From: Phoronis australis
Taxonomy: Eukaryota; Animalia; Phoronida
Assembly: GCA_002633005.1 (NCBI GenBank)
Contig: NMRA01000425.1
Location: 220,805-284,804, forward strand
DNA: 64,000 nt
Direction of reading: 5' to 3'
Below are positions 1-13,523 of this stretch, piece by piece; the stretch's first letter is position 1, and the number at the start of each line of letters is the position of its first letter. The position numbers and the translations under genes were made by a program. The notes beneath the pieces are model-generated. The model ran no database searches and was not told the origin of the DNA. It saw nothing but the letters and a program-made list of their open reading frames with translations.

Positions 1-934
1 GTGGGAGAAAAACGCTTGTTTTCAGAATTTTACGAGGAATTTGTTGATGAATCTTTTAAATGTTATTGAAAAAGGCGAAAATACAAACGCGCGAGTCATA
101 TTTCTTCAGGCAGCCCTTAGCGGCTTCACGGGCAATAAAATGTAATCGACCGAATAGATTCGTCGACCACAGATTTACCCTGTGGTTTTTCCGCTTGATC
201 CCAGACCGCCCCGAGTTGCTCCAGCATCCATCTCGGGGCGGTCTCTCACGAGGGTTTAGCGTTATGATGCTGACTAGCCATCATAAAAGTTTTCTGGGGC
301 TTAGGGAATCGGAGTGGTCACCAGTGTAAGCCAGAAATTCTCCACATGCAATGGTGCAAGACCACATCTGGGCTGTGACGGGACATGACATTAGACAAAA
401 TGGGCCCCCACCGTGTTCCTTGAAGGCACAATACCAATTTCCGTTCTCCCTGCAGCTGCCAGTTGTGACATAAAATATCCTCAAGCACCATGTTTATTCC
501 TACATTTGTATCTGATTTTGGATCCATTAAAACCGCAATTTCCTGTCCGTTTCAATGGTTTTTGTATCAGAGGTTGTGATTTGGTGTCGACTGATGTTTT
601 TCTGATAGTTTCCAATTGGAACTGTTAATGTTTCCTCTTACAGGTCAAGTGGTCAGTGATTAAGTAATTGGGCCACTGGGTTTTCAATCAGTCTGGCCTG
701 ACTGCTCACATAAGTCACTGTAGTCTCATCAATACTGGTGCAATGATAATGACCGGTGATGGATGGACAGTTAGTAAATCTAAATTCCTCTAGCAGCATA
801 TCTAAAACTTAAAACGTTTATGAAGCCATGTTAAAGAAATAAAATTACTTTCGATTTAGGCCTCTTGCTGGTGCTCTAGTCTCAACTTTACTAGGATGGG
901 AGTTGATATTTGGTCTATAGTGAGTCTCTTATCA

Positions 935-1090
935 AGGCCCGCAACCCCTCGATTTTGGGGCCGAACTTCGGTCCCATTCCCTTATGAAAAATATTAAAAA
1001 TCACTCTAAATTCCCCTTTGATGCCCAAAAATTGCCCTCAAGTGATTGAAAAAAAATCCCCTTGAGGTTCAAATCACTTGTAACTCACAC
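935..1090. repeat. Dispersed repeat fragment, also present at ~37545-37677 and weakly at ~3745-3800
   Basis: Shared cctcgattttgggg...cccattccctt...atgcccaaaaatt...aatcacttgta blocks. Confidence 0.65.
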
Positions 1091-1935
1091 ATGCAGGCGA
1101 CTATGCACCATACCGTTTGTGTTTCCAAGACGATAAACCTTAATCTGGTGGAAATAATATCAGAGGAAGTGCTCTCTAACCACAATTATCTTGGGCAGGT
1201 TTTTATGAATAGGCTTGAGTTGCTGCAGGCTAGGATAATGCACCTTGCCTAGCCTTAAGTCTTAGTTAGCAAGGTAGATGTAAAGGTTATTCTCAGGCAT
1301 GAACGAAAACTCCTCATGAATATTTTTAACTGAGGAACTATTTGAGACAGATTTCATAACATTCAGTGAATGCTCTTAATTAAAGTTTGTTTCTGTGTTG
1401 GAAGTCATGTTTATTGGCGCTTGGTCTTTCTCTGGTCTCATCTACCATTACTGTGTTCAAGTTCAAGATGCTATGTCTCACTAAAACCAGAAATATTTAA
1501 ATTCGGAGCAAGCACCACCTAGTGTCACATCTTGGAGAACTGTATGTTCACGTATAATCAGGAAAAGAAACAAGTATTAAAAAATTATGGTTTTAAAGAA
1601 AACACTGCAACTGATACACATAAAAACAAATATGAACATATAAAAAACCCTAGTAATTCCAAATATTATGCAATTGTTATTTGATAGTGTAATAAACAAA
1701 TAGTCTTGTGAAAGATTTTCGCGAGATTGTAATGGTAACTCAGTTTCTCAGATGTTTTCCACCACAGTGGAGAACACGGGGTTGTTTGTAAATTAATACA
1801 TTATTTGCATATTCACAATTTAATGAGACTATATATTCGAGGTATTTTGTGCTACCTAGTGGCCATTTTTACCGTTTTTGAATCCGTCTCTCTGTCAACC
1901 AAACCACTCTAAGGATGATTGTGAAAATTGGCATA

Positions 1936-3429
1936 CGGTATTCGCCCTAACACGCGCCCATGCCCCTGTAAGCACCCCCCCACATGTTTTCAGACTTTGC
2001 TAAAATAAGCTCCCAGTCCATGAACACCATGTACATGCAAAAAATGTCTTACCTACAGTTCTAAAATTCTACAGTAACGTCTTCAATTTATCAATAAGAT
2101 CCGACAGTCCTGAAAAAAATTATTGTGTGCGGACTTTGTAGACCACGAGCCTCGCTGCTATGTCGGTATTTAGTTGCGACTATACACTTCAAACTTCCGC
2201 CGTGCTTCAAAAAGAACACAAAAGTTTTGCTGATCTTGCAAGGGACGTGTCCTATTATGGTCTGGCCTTTCAGAACAAACGCAGCGTACTTGTCAAAGGG
2301 ATTGTATTGTATCTTTCCCGTACAGATCTTCTCCCTCAACAGGAATCCAAAGTTCTTTGCACATACGTGAAAACCGCGAATCGAAGACTAGTAAAAACTT
2401 GACCTTTGTTAAAAGCATGTGGCCAGGAAGCGCGCCACATTCAAGTACCTGTCATTCAAGTACTGGTCTTCTGGAATAATCTATTAGTGAAACCGGTTGC
2501 ATAGCATTGGCAAGAAATAAATACTGGCACTGATCTCCGAAAGTTTCTAATGCCGAAAAAGACGTTTGCGTTATTTCTAGGAGGAATTATTAAATTAGTT
2601 GTAATTGGTGTTTTTAAAGTCAAAATGACCCACTGATACACCCCCTGAATCTCCCGAAAATGAAATAACTGTTAGACTGTCACGCATCCAGTCACCCCGC
2701 GACTCAATGACATCGGCTTCAACCGAGACAATTCTCGAACGTTTTTTAACAGATGAGATCAACAAGTGCTAAATAAAACATGTTCTGCTTTATACTGTTT
2801 GTGTTAATTTCCTTAGTTACAATGCACACCTTAAGATTGTTACATCACGTTTGCTCTGCCAGATGAACTCTGATGACATGCACGCGCTCGCTCGCTCACT
2901 CACACACGCTGGCGAACTTCAAAACAAACATCACGTGACAACAACATGTGTGTTAGGCCAGAGATTTTTCTTGTGTTGCGGAGTATGATCTAGTGCAGAT
3001 TTGGACTTAATATGCAGTTAATCCTAACTCGATAGGAACTTAAAAATCTTAGGGACGCTATTTTGAAAACTTAAAGAGGACCTGAGGTAATTTGTTGAGT
3101 CAAAACTATATTTTTACCCAAGAATTCAAGTTGACCTATAGGCGATCGTCACGACGCATCAGTCGGAGAGTTTTAGCTCTGGGATTTCATTACAATTTTC
3201 TGAAAAATTATCGTACATATAATTGAACAACGAAGCTTGATAGCAGTGCACCACAATTTTGTAGAAAGTCTGTCATAGGTTACAAATACGTCACAGAGTG
3301 TAAATTTGATGAATCCTAGCTCAAGATTTCACCCATGTCGTAGACCGGGTTTCAACTGCCTTAGGCTGTAATAAGCCCTCCGGAAACAATTTTTTCAAAG
3401 TGCCCTGGGTGCTTATTATGGGAATACGG
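1936..3429. mobile_element. Degenerate TIR DNA transposon with CCGTA...TACGG-type ends and TA flanks (Tc1/mariner-pogo-like), carrying a decayed HIRAN-like ORF
   Basis: Left end ta|cggtattcgccctaacacgcgccc and right end gggtgcttattatgggaatacgg|ta form an imperfect inverted pair. The element interrupts another repeat whose uninterrupted copy lies at ~25580-25680. Confidence 0.65.
2091..2390 (-). pseudogene. Frameshifted HIRAN-domain-like ORF remnant
   Basis: SSIRGFHV, WIPVEGEDL (alternate frame), NPFDKYA, IIGHVP, FFLKHGG and GLQSP occur in the order typical of transposon-associated HIRAN domains. Confidence 0.65.
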
Positions 3430-6400
3430 TAGTTCTTGTTTGCTTTTGTGTACTGAATTCCTGGCCATTACCTGATGGACTTATTGCATTCCATCACTTC
3501 ATTTTTGATTGCTTTGGCATTTACTATATTGCCATCAGAGAACTTCTCAGATTAGATTGCCAGAATGGTTGATGGGGGTATTTCTTTGGCATTCTTGAAA
3601 TAGGTCAATTACTAAGGGTTCACCTGGAACATTACGGTGTATCGCCAAGGGGCTGATATAATAAACTTCATTTTTTGGTTACCACCTGAAGAATATTCTA
3701 CAAGTATCTCTATATAAAAGTGTTACACGCCCTGTCAGACCTTCGCCTGAAATTGGGTCCAAATAGAGGACCCATTCCCTGCTTCAAATTTCTTTGAAAT
3801 CACAAAATTCCCACCGGAGGATGAAAATTTTCACCTATGAAATAAAAATTCTCCCTCTTGCAAGGTAAAAATGCCGACTGCATTTTGTTCCGTGACAAGG
3901 TTAAAAATTCAGAATTATGTTCAAAAACATAAGAATAAGTTTATCAGTAAAATTTTTTTATTTCTTCATTTCAACAATAACTTTACATAATCATCAGGGA
4001 GATCGATTATCAAAATCGTGTTTTCACTATATGAAGAGTTGCAAAAAAATTCCTCTTTCCCAGAAAACTCCTTGGATATCTCCTCCCTCCANCCTCCCTC
4101 CCCCCCTCCCCCCCTCCCCGGTAGGCACAGGCACCACACAATTGTAACCTAGAGAGGACGCTGAGAGATGAAGCTTTGTGGTATCAGCTCTGAAGCATAC
4201 AGATAAAAACCAGTGTCGTTGGCAATCACTGCCCTGACATCTAGGGGAGACAGACAGGACTTTAAGTTCAGCCTTCAGTCATGTTGGGATATACTGGTGT
4301 CATATCTAGCACAGAAAAGGAGGATACAGTGTTGGTGCCACTTATCAAAAATAACTTAATGATTACGGTCACAGTGACATCAAAATAGTGAACTGAAAAT
4401 ACAGATAAGCAAACAATAGTTGAATTTCTTCCTGTGGTAATAAATTTTGTTTCTATCTCGGCTATTGTTTCTCACAATGTGCTTTAGGTTTCATTAAAGC
4501 TATGTGGGACCATAGAAATTTGGTTAACTTCGGAACATCTCAGAAATGGTAGATTGTATTTATACAAGGCTTTCAGATATATACATGTCAAACTTCATGT
4601 GTTTTTATATGGGTGACTGTTATTAGCTGAGGTTGCTGTTCCGAGAAATATATTTTCATGAGATCGAAAGTAGGGCAATGCACTACAATGCAATGTTAAT
4701 TTATATTGCCCGTATTACGTATTAAGAGGTTTATCTTGTATTAAGTTTAGTACATGATGACACTATTTTGTAATAATTCTTTATTCCCTCTGAGCCTGGA
4801 AATAATTAGCACACCTGTAAAAATAGGCGTTTGCTACATGAAAAACCAGTTACCCTGTGGGTCAGAAAGTGAAGCATATGGCCATATTCATCTGGCTGAT
4901 AGGACACCACCAGGACTGAGTGACTAAACAATTTAGTCCATACAGTCCCTAAAAACGCATGAATGTTAAGCCCTGTCTATAAAAAAATCATATCTGAAGG
5001 TATGGACTTTTGGAACTAAAGAAACAAACTTTAAGAGTTTGTAGACTGTGACTGGGCCAGAAGTCATGTATAGGAAGAGTGTGTTTACTGACTGGGCCAG
5101 AAGTTATGTATAGGAAGTAATTCATTAAGAAATACAAAAAACCCGCAAAAATCTAATGAAGGTGCTCTGAAGATCGACACTTAGTGAAATAAATAAAAAA
5201 TTTAAAGGTGAGATTGACAAGGAAACCTAGAACATAAACAACCATAATGAGCCCAATGCTTGATATACTATTAGCTAGCCAGTATTAGGAGGAGATGAAC
5301 TGCGCTCACCAGAAGCTGTTTTGAGACCTCTGTTTTTATTTAAAGCTAGATGTTTTGAATTACACGCCTACAATACATGTGGTGATTTGACTGTGAATTA
5401 GGCACAGTTATGGAAGGGTTGTCGTTTGCAACCTTGTACCTGTGGTGCTGAGGCCTCTTAAGGTTGTTATAGGAACAATCTGTTTTTATTGTTTAAGCTG
5501 TTTTTAATTGCTTGCAGTTGCATGCAGTGTGTTAATAGCTTTGGAATTTTGCCCCAATATGTTGTTACATGCACTCTAGAAAGTTTGAGCTGTGTTTTGA
5601 CAGACTATTGACCGTTACAGAACAGTAGACATTCTCATGTTTTTGATTTATGATTCTCAAAGCTTTCCTTGAATGAGTTATTGTTATTCTAAATGTTTTT
5701 ATTTCAGTGGTCATTGCGTGGTTAAGTTCCTCAAGAAAACTTATTGTAAAAACTATTGATGTCAGTCATATACTACTTCCAACTTTACTTTTCACTTCAT
5801 CTTGCTGAACTGCAAGAACATGGAAGAAACTACAAAGAAAACAGTCATCAAGTATTTGCATTAGTTTATGAGTCTTGTGAGAAGGAGCTTGAATGTTTGT
5901 TATGGAGAACTTTTAACTGTATTGCCACATTTGGCCTTAGGGTGTCTGTGTGCAACTAATAGCTTTCTTCCCAGAAGATATATTGACTTGTCTTTATGTT
6001 TATTTTCTGTTTTACTACAGTCTGGTTATTATTAATGACTACACCTGTATGCGATGGGCCTATGTAAGGGATATTACCTGGGCTTAGGTGTGAAAATTAG
6101 GCGCATGAGCCAATATGTGAAGAACATGGGTAAAAAGAAGGTCCCGAAAAAGGTATTATTTTGGATATGGATTTGACATATTTTTGTGCCACATAGTAAC
6201 TATTTTAACTATTTTGGCTCAAAACTGGTGAAAGAGTCACTATGAAAGTGAACAGATGTGTTTGCATTGAGAGGGATGCTTCATTTTTAGATGGTTTGAC
6301 TGCTGTGGCACACCCTAATGACCAATTTTGTTTTGAGCTCCTGTTACCCTTCATGCTAACTCCTGTCTTTGGAATCCAGGTGGCACTGCATCACATTCTC

Positions 6401-9400
6401 CAATCGGTCATGGGGGCCAGTGATATAGTTCTTTCAGTGTTGATGCTCTCATGTGCTGCAACATTGTCTTTAGGTACTAGACATTGCTGTACTAATGAGT
6501 TTAGTACATCAGTAAGGCTTTGACATCAGTGGCAATGAAAAAAAGGGGTGGTTGAAGTATTGTATACCACCATTGAAGTTCTATGGCATTCAACTCGCTC
6601 TACAAGAATAGATTACCTACCTAGGTGTCACTCTCCACCAACACCTTTCTTGGACACAACATGTGATGGATGAAATCACCAAGATGCAGTAGATTATAAA
6701 TCATGACTGTGGTGCTTGCTTTTCTGAAAATGACTGCCCCACATGGCAGACGCTTCCCGGCTCCTTCTACTGGGGATTGATGACTGTCTGGTTCCTGGCA
6801 AAGTTTCATCTTCCTCTACTGGTGTTCATTGACAATGACCAAGGCCCTGAACCATGAGTCAGATAGTTCATGTCTGACATCTTTGTGTCTATAGGGAGGG
6901 GGGGGGGGGGTTCTTANGGGGTTCTTATCTCTTTAAGCCAGACAGCCTCTCTGACACCTTGTTCAGGCCAAGAACTTTTGTCCAAGTACCCTCACGTCTT
7001 CTGTCTCAAAAGTGTGCCAGGTTACAGTGGTCATCTGCCCAACTTGTTGGTGTGCTATACAACTGAACAAGTTGGACTCGATGGGAGAACGTCATGTGCC
7101 ACTGAAATGAGTAGGGTTTTCGCCCATTTTAATATCGAAGTGGGTTTGTTATGTTTAACTTTTAAGCTGATTTGGGTCTTGTAATAGAAAATGTTTTTCA
7201 TTACTTTCTGATTATTATAAGCTAGACTATTTTACTTACAAGAAGCATGTTTGTTGATGTCATACGTTTTAACCCTCAGTCTATGGGTGTTGTTCCTTGG
7301 CTGAATTTTGCTGCATCAGATCGACCTGGATGTATTTAGCATGAAAAATAATTGCAGGCTGCATGTGGGCCCACTGCACTGATCACCTGGAACCATTTTT
7401 ATGCTTTATTAATATATAGTTGAAGCTAGCTGAGGACATAGAATTACCTGACTCAAGGGTTTTAGCAGTGTGGCCCATTGGGATTTGAATCCATGTCCTC
7501 TAGTCAAGAAATCGTGCACCTGACTAGCCTTCTCGGGTGTAAGATTTAAGCTCATACTGGAGTTTTCTGCTTAAATACACATCTTTAGAAGTGCTCTGAG
7601 TGGTTATACATTTGCAACAGGGTTCATTGCTTAACATTACATCAACTTCCCAAATGTGACTTTTCAATAAATACTTTTAAGATAGCCAAACCGGAATTGA
7701 TGTCATCATATTTAAAGCCTCCATTGATTTTTCGTTAGCGAGAATTTTGGCATTGGTATTGTGAAGAGTAAGTCGGTCCTTTTTAAGGACTTAAAATGTG
7801 TGTTCACACTGACACCTGTGTGTTCCTGGATCCTGTACCACCCTGAGGGGGGTTAGGTTCCCCCAGTGCAGTAAGAGCTAGGGTTCTTGTTGTGTGACAA
7901 CTATATGACACATGAAGTGACAACTTGTCATTAGTGGCAGGCTCCATAGGAATTGAACCAGAGCTTATCCCAGATGGTGTTGATTAGTTTGAAGTAGGTT
8001 TTAGCCTCTGTCATTTGATGATCCCTGTCAGTTGCTCTGAAAAGCATAAATAGATCAGTTTTTTAATCATGTGTTGAATTGTGCATGTGTACATTTCAAT
8101 ATTCTGCTATAATGATTTGAATGCAAGTGGATGAGAAAGCATGCAGTATTTATCCCGGAGTATCCAGCGAAGTCCTCTGCACATCAAATGCTCAATGGCG
8201 TCATCACGGATTGAAGTGGGTTAGTCATTGCTCATGGGCTTGACTGACAATGTGCTGGGTGAAATAATTGTGTTCGTAAGCTAACGCTTTAGTTTACAAG
8301 TTTCAAAGTCTAAAATTAATAATGAGTATGGCAAATGACCAAGTTGAACATGATTGTTTTTAAAATTGAAAAATAGACAGTAGCTGTCTTTGAATTTATA
8401 AAATGGATGCATTATAAGAGAAATCAGCAAATAGGTTTTCTTCAGTATTGTGACTTTATTAGCCATGAGCATTACATAATTTTTGAATGATTAGGACAGG
8501 TTGGGCACAGTCTGGCTTGGACTTCCTTAGGCGCTGGGCAACAAACCTCCAAATGTTAGTTTAGGAGTTGTCTCATGCATGTCTACATGTTGGTTAATGG
8601 CTCCTATTGACTGGAAATGCTGGTTCCAAGAAGGCTGCCTTGAGTGACTCTTCCATGTTATGCAACATCCTCCAACATGGAGTTAAAGGAGAATGCCACC
8701 CAAAAACAACCTATTTTATATCAATTTAGATCTAGTAGTTCCACTCGATAACAGCAAGTTCAGTTGTTTCACCTGACACGTAACGATAGATGAAGGTGTT
8801 GAAATTAACCAATGACGTAATCGGTTTGAATGCAGTCTGTTCAACTGTTCACAACACGCTTACTCAGGTGTCAACTTATCGTTTGAATGCGTTGTTTTTC
8901 ACCAATAAATCATCAGAATTTGATGTAAATCCCTTACAAATACATCGAGTTGTTGAACAAATGTATTGTTTTATTTCAGTGTTACGGATTTATTGGTACT
9001 TGAACAAACCGTAGACTACAGAGTTACCATGGTCGATCTCGGGAGTTTGGGTCTGTTTGGTGATAAATTCGAATCATTCTTCCGTGAAATACAGACGGAG
9101 GAACATAGCTTTGTGTTGTACTTTGAGACTTGCGACATTTTCAGTTCTCAACACACAAAGCGCTTGTTTAAACTCCCCACCAGTGGCTCGGAACCCGATC
9201 TGAGGCCCGTGGCGGCCGCCGGGACTGGACATCATGAACATAAACCAGCTTAAGTTGGAAACTAAACCTACTGTCACGAAAAGACTATAATAGTGAGCCA
9301 AAGAAATAATGTGCATGTAATTATTGAGGTGAATTAGCCACGAAACTGAAAATCTACTTAGTTGTCGGGCCGCAAAGCAGTCAGGTTCCTCTTCCACAGA

Positions 9401-10461
9401 ATCGTCAGGGAAAAGGTTGTACAGTAACAATGATTTGAATAATGTATTTGTATATCTTAAGTCCCATTTAGACATCAACTTTTGGCCGGGCGCTACTGAC
9501 ACGGAGCAAATTGACCCGTGTCAAGCGGCAGTTTACACACACAACTCACTAACCGTGGCAAGACAGAAATTAAAGGCTGGTGAGACTGGATCGCACATGC
9601 GCTGGTTTACAAATGACGACAGTTGCAGAAACAAAGAACCCGTACGTAGGTCATTGCACAAGCGCAGTAGAGATGATCCTTTCTGCCTTACTCCAGTTTC
9701 ACGTTAAGACTTATAATGGACACAGCGCAAGATGTTCGGGCGCAAATTACTCTACCTCACAAACGGGTGGCAAAAATTTGCCACAGGGGTGTCAATTTGC
9801 GCCATGTCAGTCCGTTTACACACTGGAACAACTTGTTCCATGTCAGCTGATCCATGTCAACTTTGTAAGTGTAAACGGCACTTAAATAAAGATTCCTTAT
9901 CATGTGACCATAGCATATAAAATCAAGTTATTGTTTCACAACAGCTTTCTGTCAGCAAACACTGAATTAGGATGCGCTCACACGGCCTCGGTGCCCGGTC
10001 AATTACCTTCATTGCATCTAAAGCCGACCGGGTAACGCAGTGGTTTATTCATTGCGCGCTAATGTCAAAATATTTGCACTCACAAAACTCCAAAGGCATT
10101 ACAAATTGTATCTAATGAGACAGACTTTGTTTCATTTTTATATTAGGGTGAGAACAATTCACTTTGAAACAGAACGCAGAATAATAAACAATAAACGTCT
10201 ACATGGCAACTCGCCCGGCAACATTAATTTAATCCCGACTCAGTTGTCGAGAGTTCATCTGACGAAGACTTCACGGGTCGGTTCATTAGGTTTCACAGGC
10301 TATCAGCTCGAACCGCAATACACTGACCAAAAATACTAGAGTCTGGTGCCTTGAACAGGCACTGGGAACGGAATGTATGGATAGTTCTTTGGTAAGCCGG
10401 AATTCGTCGGAGAAATCACATGAGACACGGAGATGTTTCACGGCCTCGTACTTGCTATTAA

Positions 10462-11860
10462 GGTTATCTCCAACCTTATTTAGTGGCCCCCATTCTAACT
10501 TGGATATCAAAAAACTAAGCTTTGTCAACTAGTAAAAGTATATATTTTTGTGAAAAAACAAAGACCAGGAAATGTATACTTTTTGTATTTATGTGCCATT
10601 ATTATTTGTACGTAAAGACCTTTTTTAAGTCAAAATTTCATTTTTAAGAAAGGTACATTCATAGCAAAATAACCCCTCGGCCTATTTTAATGAACCCTTT
10701 TTTAAATGAAAACTTCACCAGTTACGTCAAAAACGCTGTTAGGAATTTTCGATCAGTCTGTTCATTTGGTTTCTATGTCAAATCAAATAGCAAAACATAA
10801 GGTATTTTTGTAAAAAAAATTGAAGTCGTATTGGTTTTTGTCACATTACGCAAAAACTAGGCCTTTCAAAAATTCTAACTGCGTTTTTGAGATTAATGAC
10901 TAAATATTAAGTTTGGAAAGTTTTATCGAAATCCATCAAGCCGTTTTCGAGAACTAGTGTTCTTAATTTCAAATAAAGTCAATTTGTCGAAGCCGAGAAA
11001 AAGCCGATTAAACTGGGACAAGTGAAAGTCTCAAAGTTTTCGGTTAATTATTTGGTGAAAACTTTTCGGTACACATAACCTATACAATCCTAAACTATGT
11101 TAGCTATTTCAACGTTCACTCGCAATGTCAACTGATTTTGCAGTGCATAACTAACTTAATAATCATTAAAACCTCATTAGACATATTGTTCCCAACCAAC
11201 TTTTACTGTTGTTTGCGCCCTACTTTCTAAGTAGGTCACAGTTCATAGCCTGTACACGTCATGTGCTGGGAGACTGATACGAAACCAAGTAAGAAATGGA
11301 TTACAAAAATCGAATCGGTGGTTAAAGTTAATGTCCTTAGCATGAGATCGAAACATCGAAATGTCAACTTTTTAATTGAATTAAGGAATTACGGTGAGGA
11401 TTTATCTCTTTTCACAACTTTCTGAGCATGACCACAGAGGCCTGAGGCGACTTGTAGCATTCGTTTTCAACGCCAACGGTCGTATGCATGTAGACGCACA
11501 TAACTCCCTTAGGATCAAAACTATGTTTTGTCTTCGTTTTCCCTGGCACCATTCTATCATAAGAACACCTCGTTGGTTCAATGCTATGGCGACTTTGAGA
11601 ATGAAAGGACTGAGGGTATACGAAGCTGTTCTGTACCTGATTTAATTGAAAGCCTTTTAACCTTTGACCTTGAATAAATAGTAAACAAATATCCACGCGG
11701 TTGTGCGGTTCTAAGGTGGTTCTGCAAATCTTTTTTTTCTCACTTCGCGGTATATATTTTGTATTTGAAGTTCCCAGAGAATGAAGATAAGGGATTTTGC
11801 TAGACACAAGTGAAATATTGTAAAAATGGCTTATTTTTGTGAATAAGGTTGGAGATAACC
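10462..11860. mobile_element. Non-autonomous TTAA-targeting DNA transposon (Kolobok-like)
   Basis: Perfect 19-bp TIR GGTTATCTCCAACCTTATT...AATAAGGTTGGAGATAACC, flanked by TTAA at 10458-10461 and 11861-11864. GG..CC termini fit Kolobok rather than piggyBac (CC..GG). Confidence 0.8.
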
Positions 11861-12448
11861 TTAACAGCGTACATTCTTCAGTTCCGCGAGCCACTTCCTT
11901 AAAGCATTTCGGGCTCTCAAGGAAGTCGAAAAAACGAAGTACCCGCTCTCTTCGCAGCTTCATAGTAGTTCGGACAAGTGGGATACACCGCAATATAGCA
12001 GCATTCACTCAGCAGATGAACCACTGACATTGTTGTGTTGTTTCTCACCTTCCTTACAGGTTAACGTGACACCTCTCGGCAGTTAGTGGGGTCGACCTTA
12101 TAAGAGGCGATATGGATATAGACCGATTAAGACGGTAAAAAAGGCTAATTAAAGCCTATCGTAAACGATAACACCTGTATATTTGGTTCCTACAGTATGT
12201 TAAGAGCATCGCCCTGAGCCCACTTAAGTGCCATAAATTGCCAAATGTAACGAACTGTTAGGCATATTGGCTTGCTTTTGTGTAAGTCACCGCAAGAATC
12301 ACCTTTTAATTCAAACAGCTGCCAATAACACCCACATGCAATGGTGTTCTATTCGGACCCCTATTCAATACAACCTTTTTTGTTTGTGCTGGGATCTCAC
12401 GGTGACGAAACAAGGCATGAAAAGACAACTTCACTTATCATTTGACGC

Positions 12449-12791
12449 GTCACTTTATGTCACCAGACAGGTCACTTTATGTCACTAGACAGGTCACTTT
12501 ATATCACCAGACAGGTCACATTATGTCACCTGATAGTTCACTTTATGTCACTAGACAGGTCACTATGTCACCAGACAGGTCACTTTATGTCACTAGACAG
12601 GTGTCGCTTTATGTCACCAGACAGGTCACTTTATGTCACCAGACAGGTCGCTTCATGTCACTAGACAGGTCCTTTATGTCACCAGACAGGTCGCTTTATG
12701 TCACCAGACAGGTCACTTTATGTCACCAGACAGGTCACTTTATGTCACTTAGACAGGTCACTTTATGTTACCAGACAGGTCACTTTATGTA
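12449..12791. repeat. Minisatellite, ~22-bp unit gtcactttatgtcaccagacag
   Basis: About 15 tandem copies are visible. They explain the repetitive ORFs at 12267-12792. Confidence 0.95.
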
Positions 12792-13523
12792 ACCATCTCT
12801 AAGTGATAATGTTGTCTCACTGTACTTTGTGAAACGAGGAAAGAAGGGGGAGGGGCTGATTTGAGCTGTTGTCCAATCCCATTGCTGATTGCTTATGTTT
12901 GAAGTCTCTTACTTAAGGAGGTATGTTGCTCATCCCCTGGACTGGTGTCTTAGAACTCAATTTGGAGCTTGATACTGGTACATTCACTTTGAGTTTGGTA
13001 AAGGTACAAAGTTAATGAAGCTTGTGTGATCATGTGCTTGGAATGTGGTGTGTGCATTGCGATATCTTGTCAAGTCTTGCATGATCTTGCATTTTTGTGA
13101 AGTTCTTGCGTCTTATGGGAGTCCTTGCCAGGAATAACGTGTATGCTATTTTGAGGTTAACTAATCAAATTTCAAGGACACAATTTCTCACCTCAAATGT
13201 TTTGTCCCTGGACTAAAGAGTGCATAATTATGCACCAGTTGACAATTATGTATTGTAAACATTATGAGATAAAATTGACAGAATTGTAACTGTGGTGTTG
13301 TGTATTATTGAATAAAAATGTGATCATTTGGACCCAAGTTTTTGACATATGCCCCCCTAACTAAATTAGCTGTTTGTGGGCAATTTTCTGGTGATGGTGT
13401 TGGCGTGGTCTTTTGCTATTGTTTTTTCACATTTGACTGACTTTTTTTCTTTTGCAGGCAGCACAGCTATGGTGATTGACACATGAGGCGTCTGTTGTAT
13501 AACTGTCCATCAGGCGGCGACTG

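Noticed and set aside
6240-7190. Possible LINE endonuclease remnant (LHLGDFIHH resembles GDFN)
   Set aside because: Single weak motif with no supporting motifs in the expected order.
11412-12008. 198-aa minus-strand ORF
   Set aside because: It crosses the terminus of a non-autonomous transposon and has no recognisable transposase or other motif.
12442-12792. Repetitive ORFs and CRISPR-like periodicity (also 29030-29393, 46766-47143, 52251-52499, 54234-54390)
   Set aside because: These are head-to-tail minisatellites without unique spacers, in eukaryotic DNA with no cas genes. The ORFs are by-products of stop-free units.
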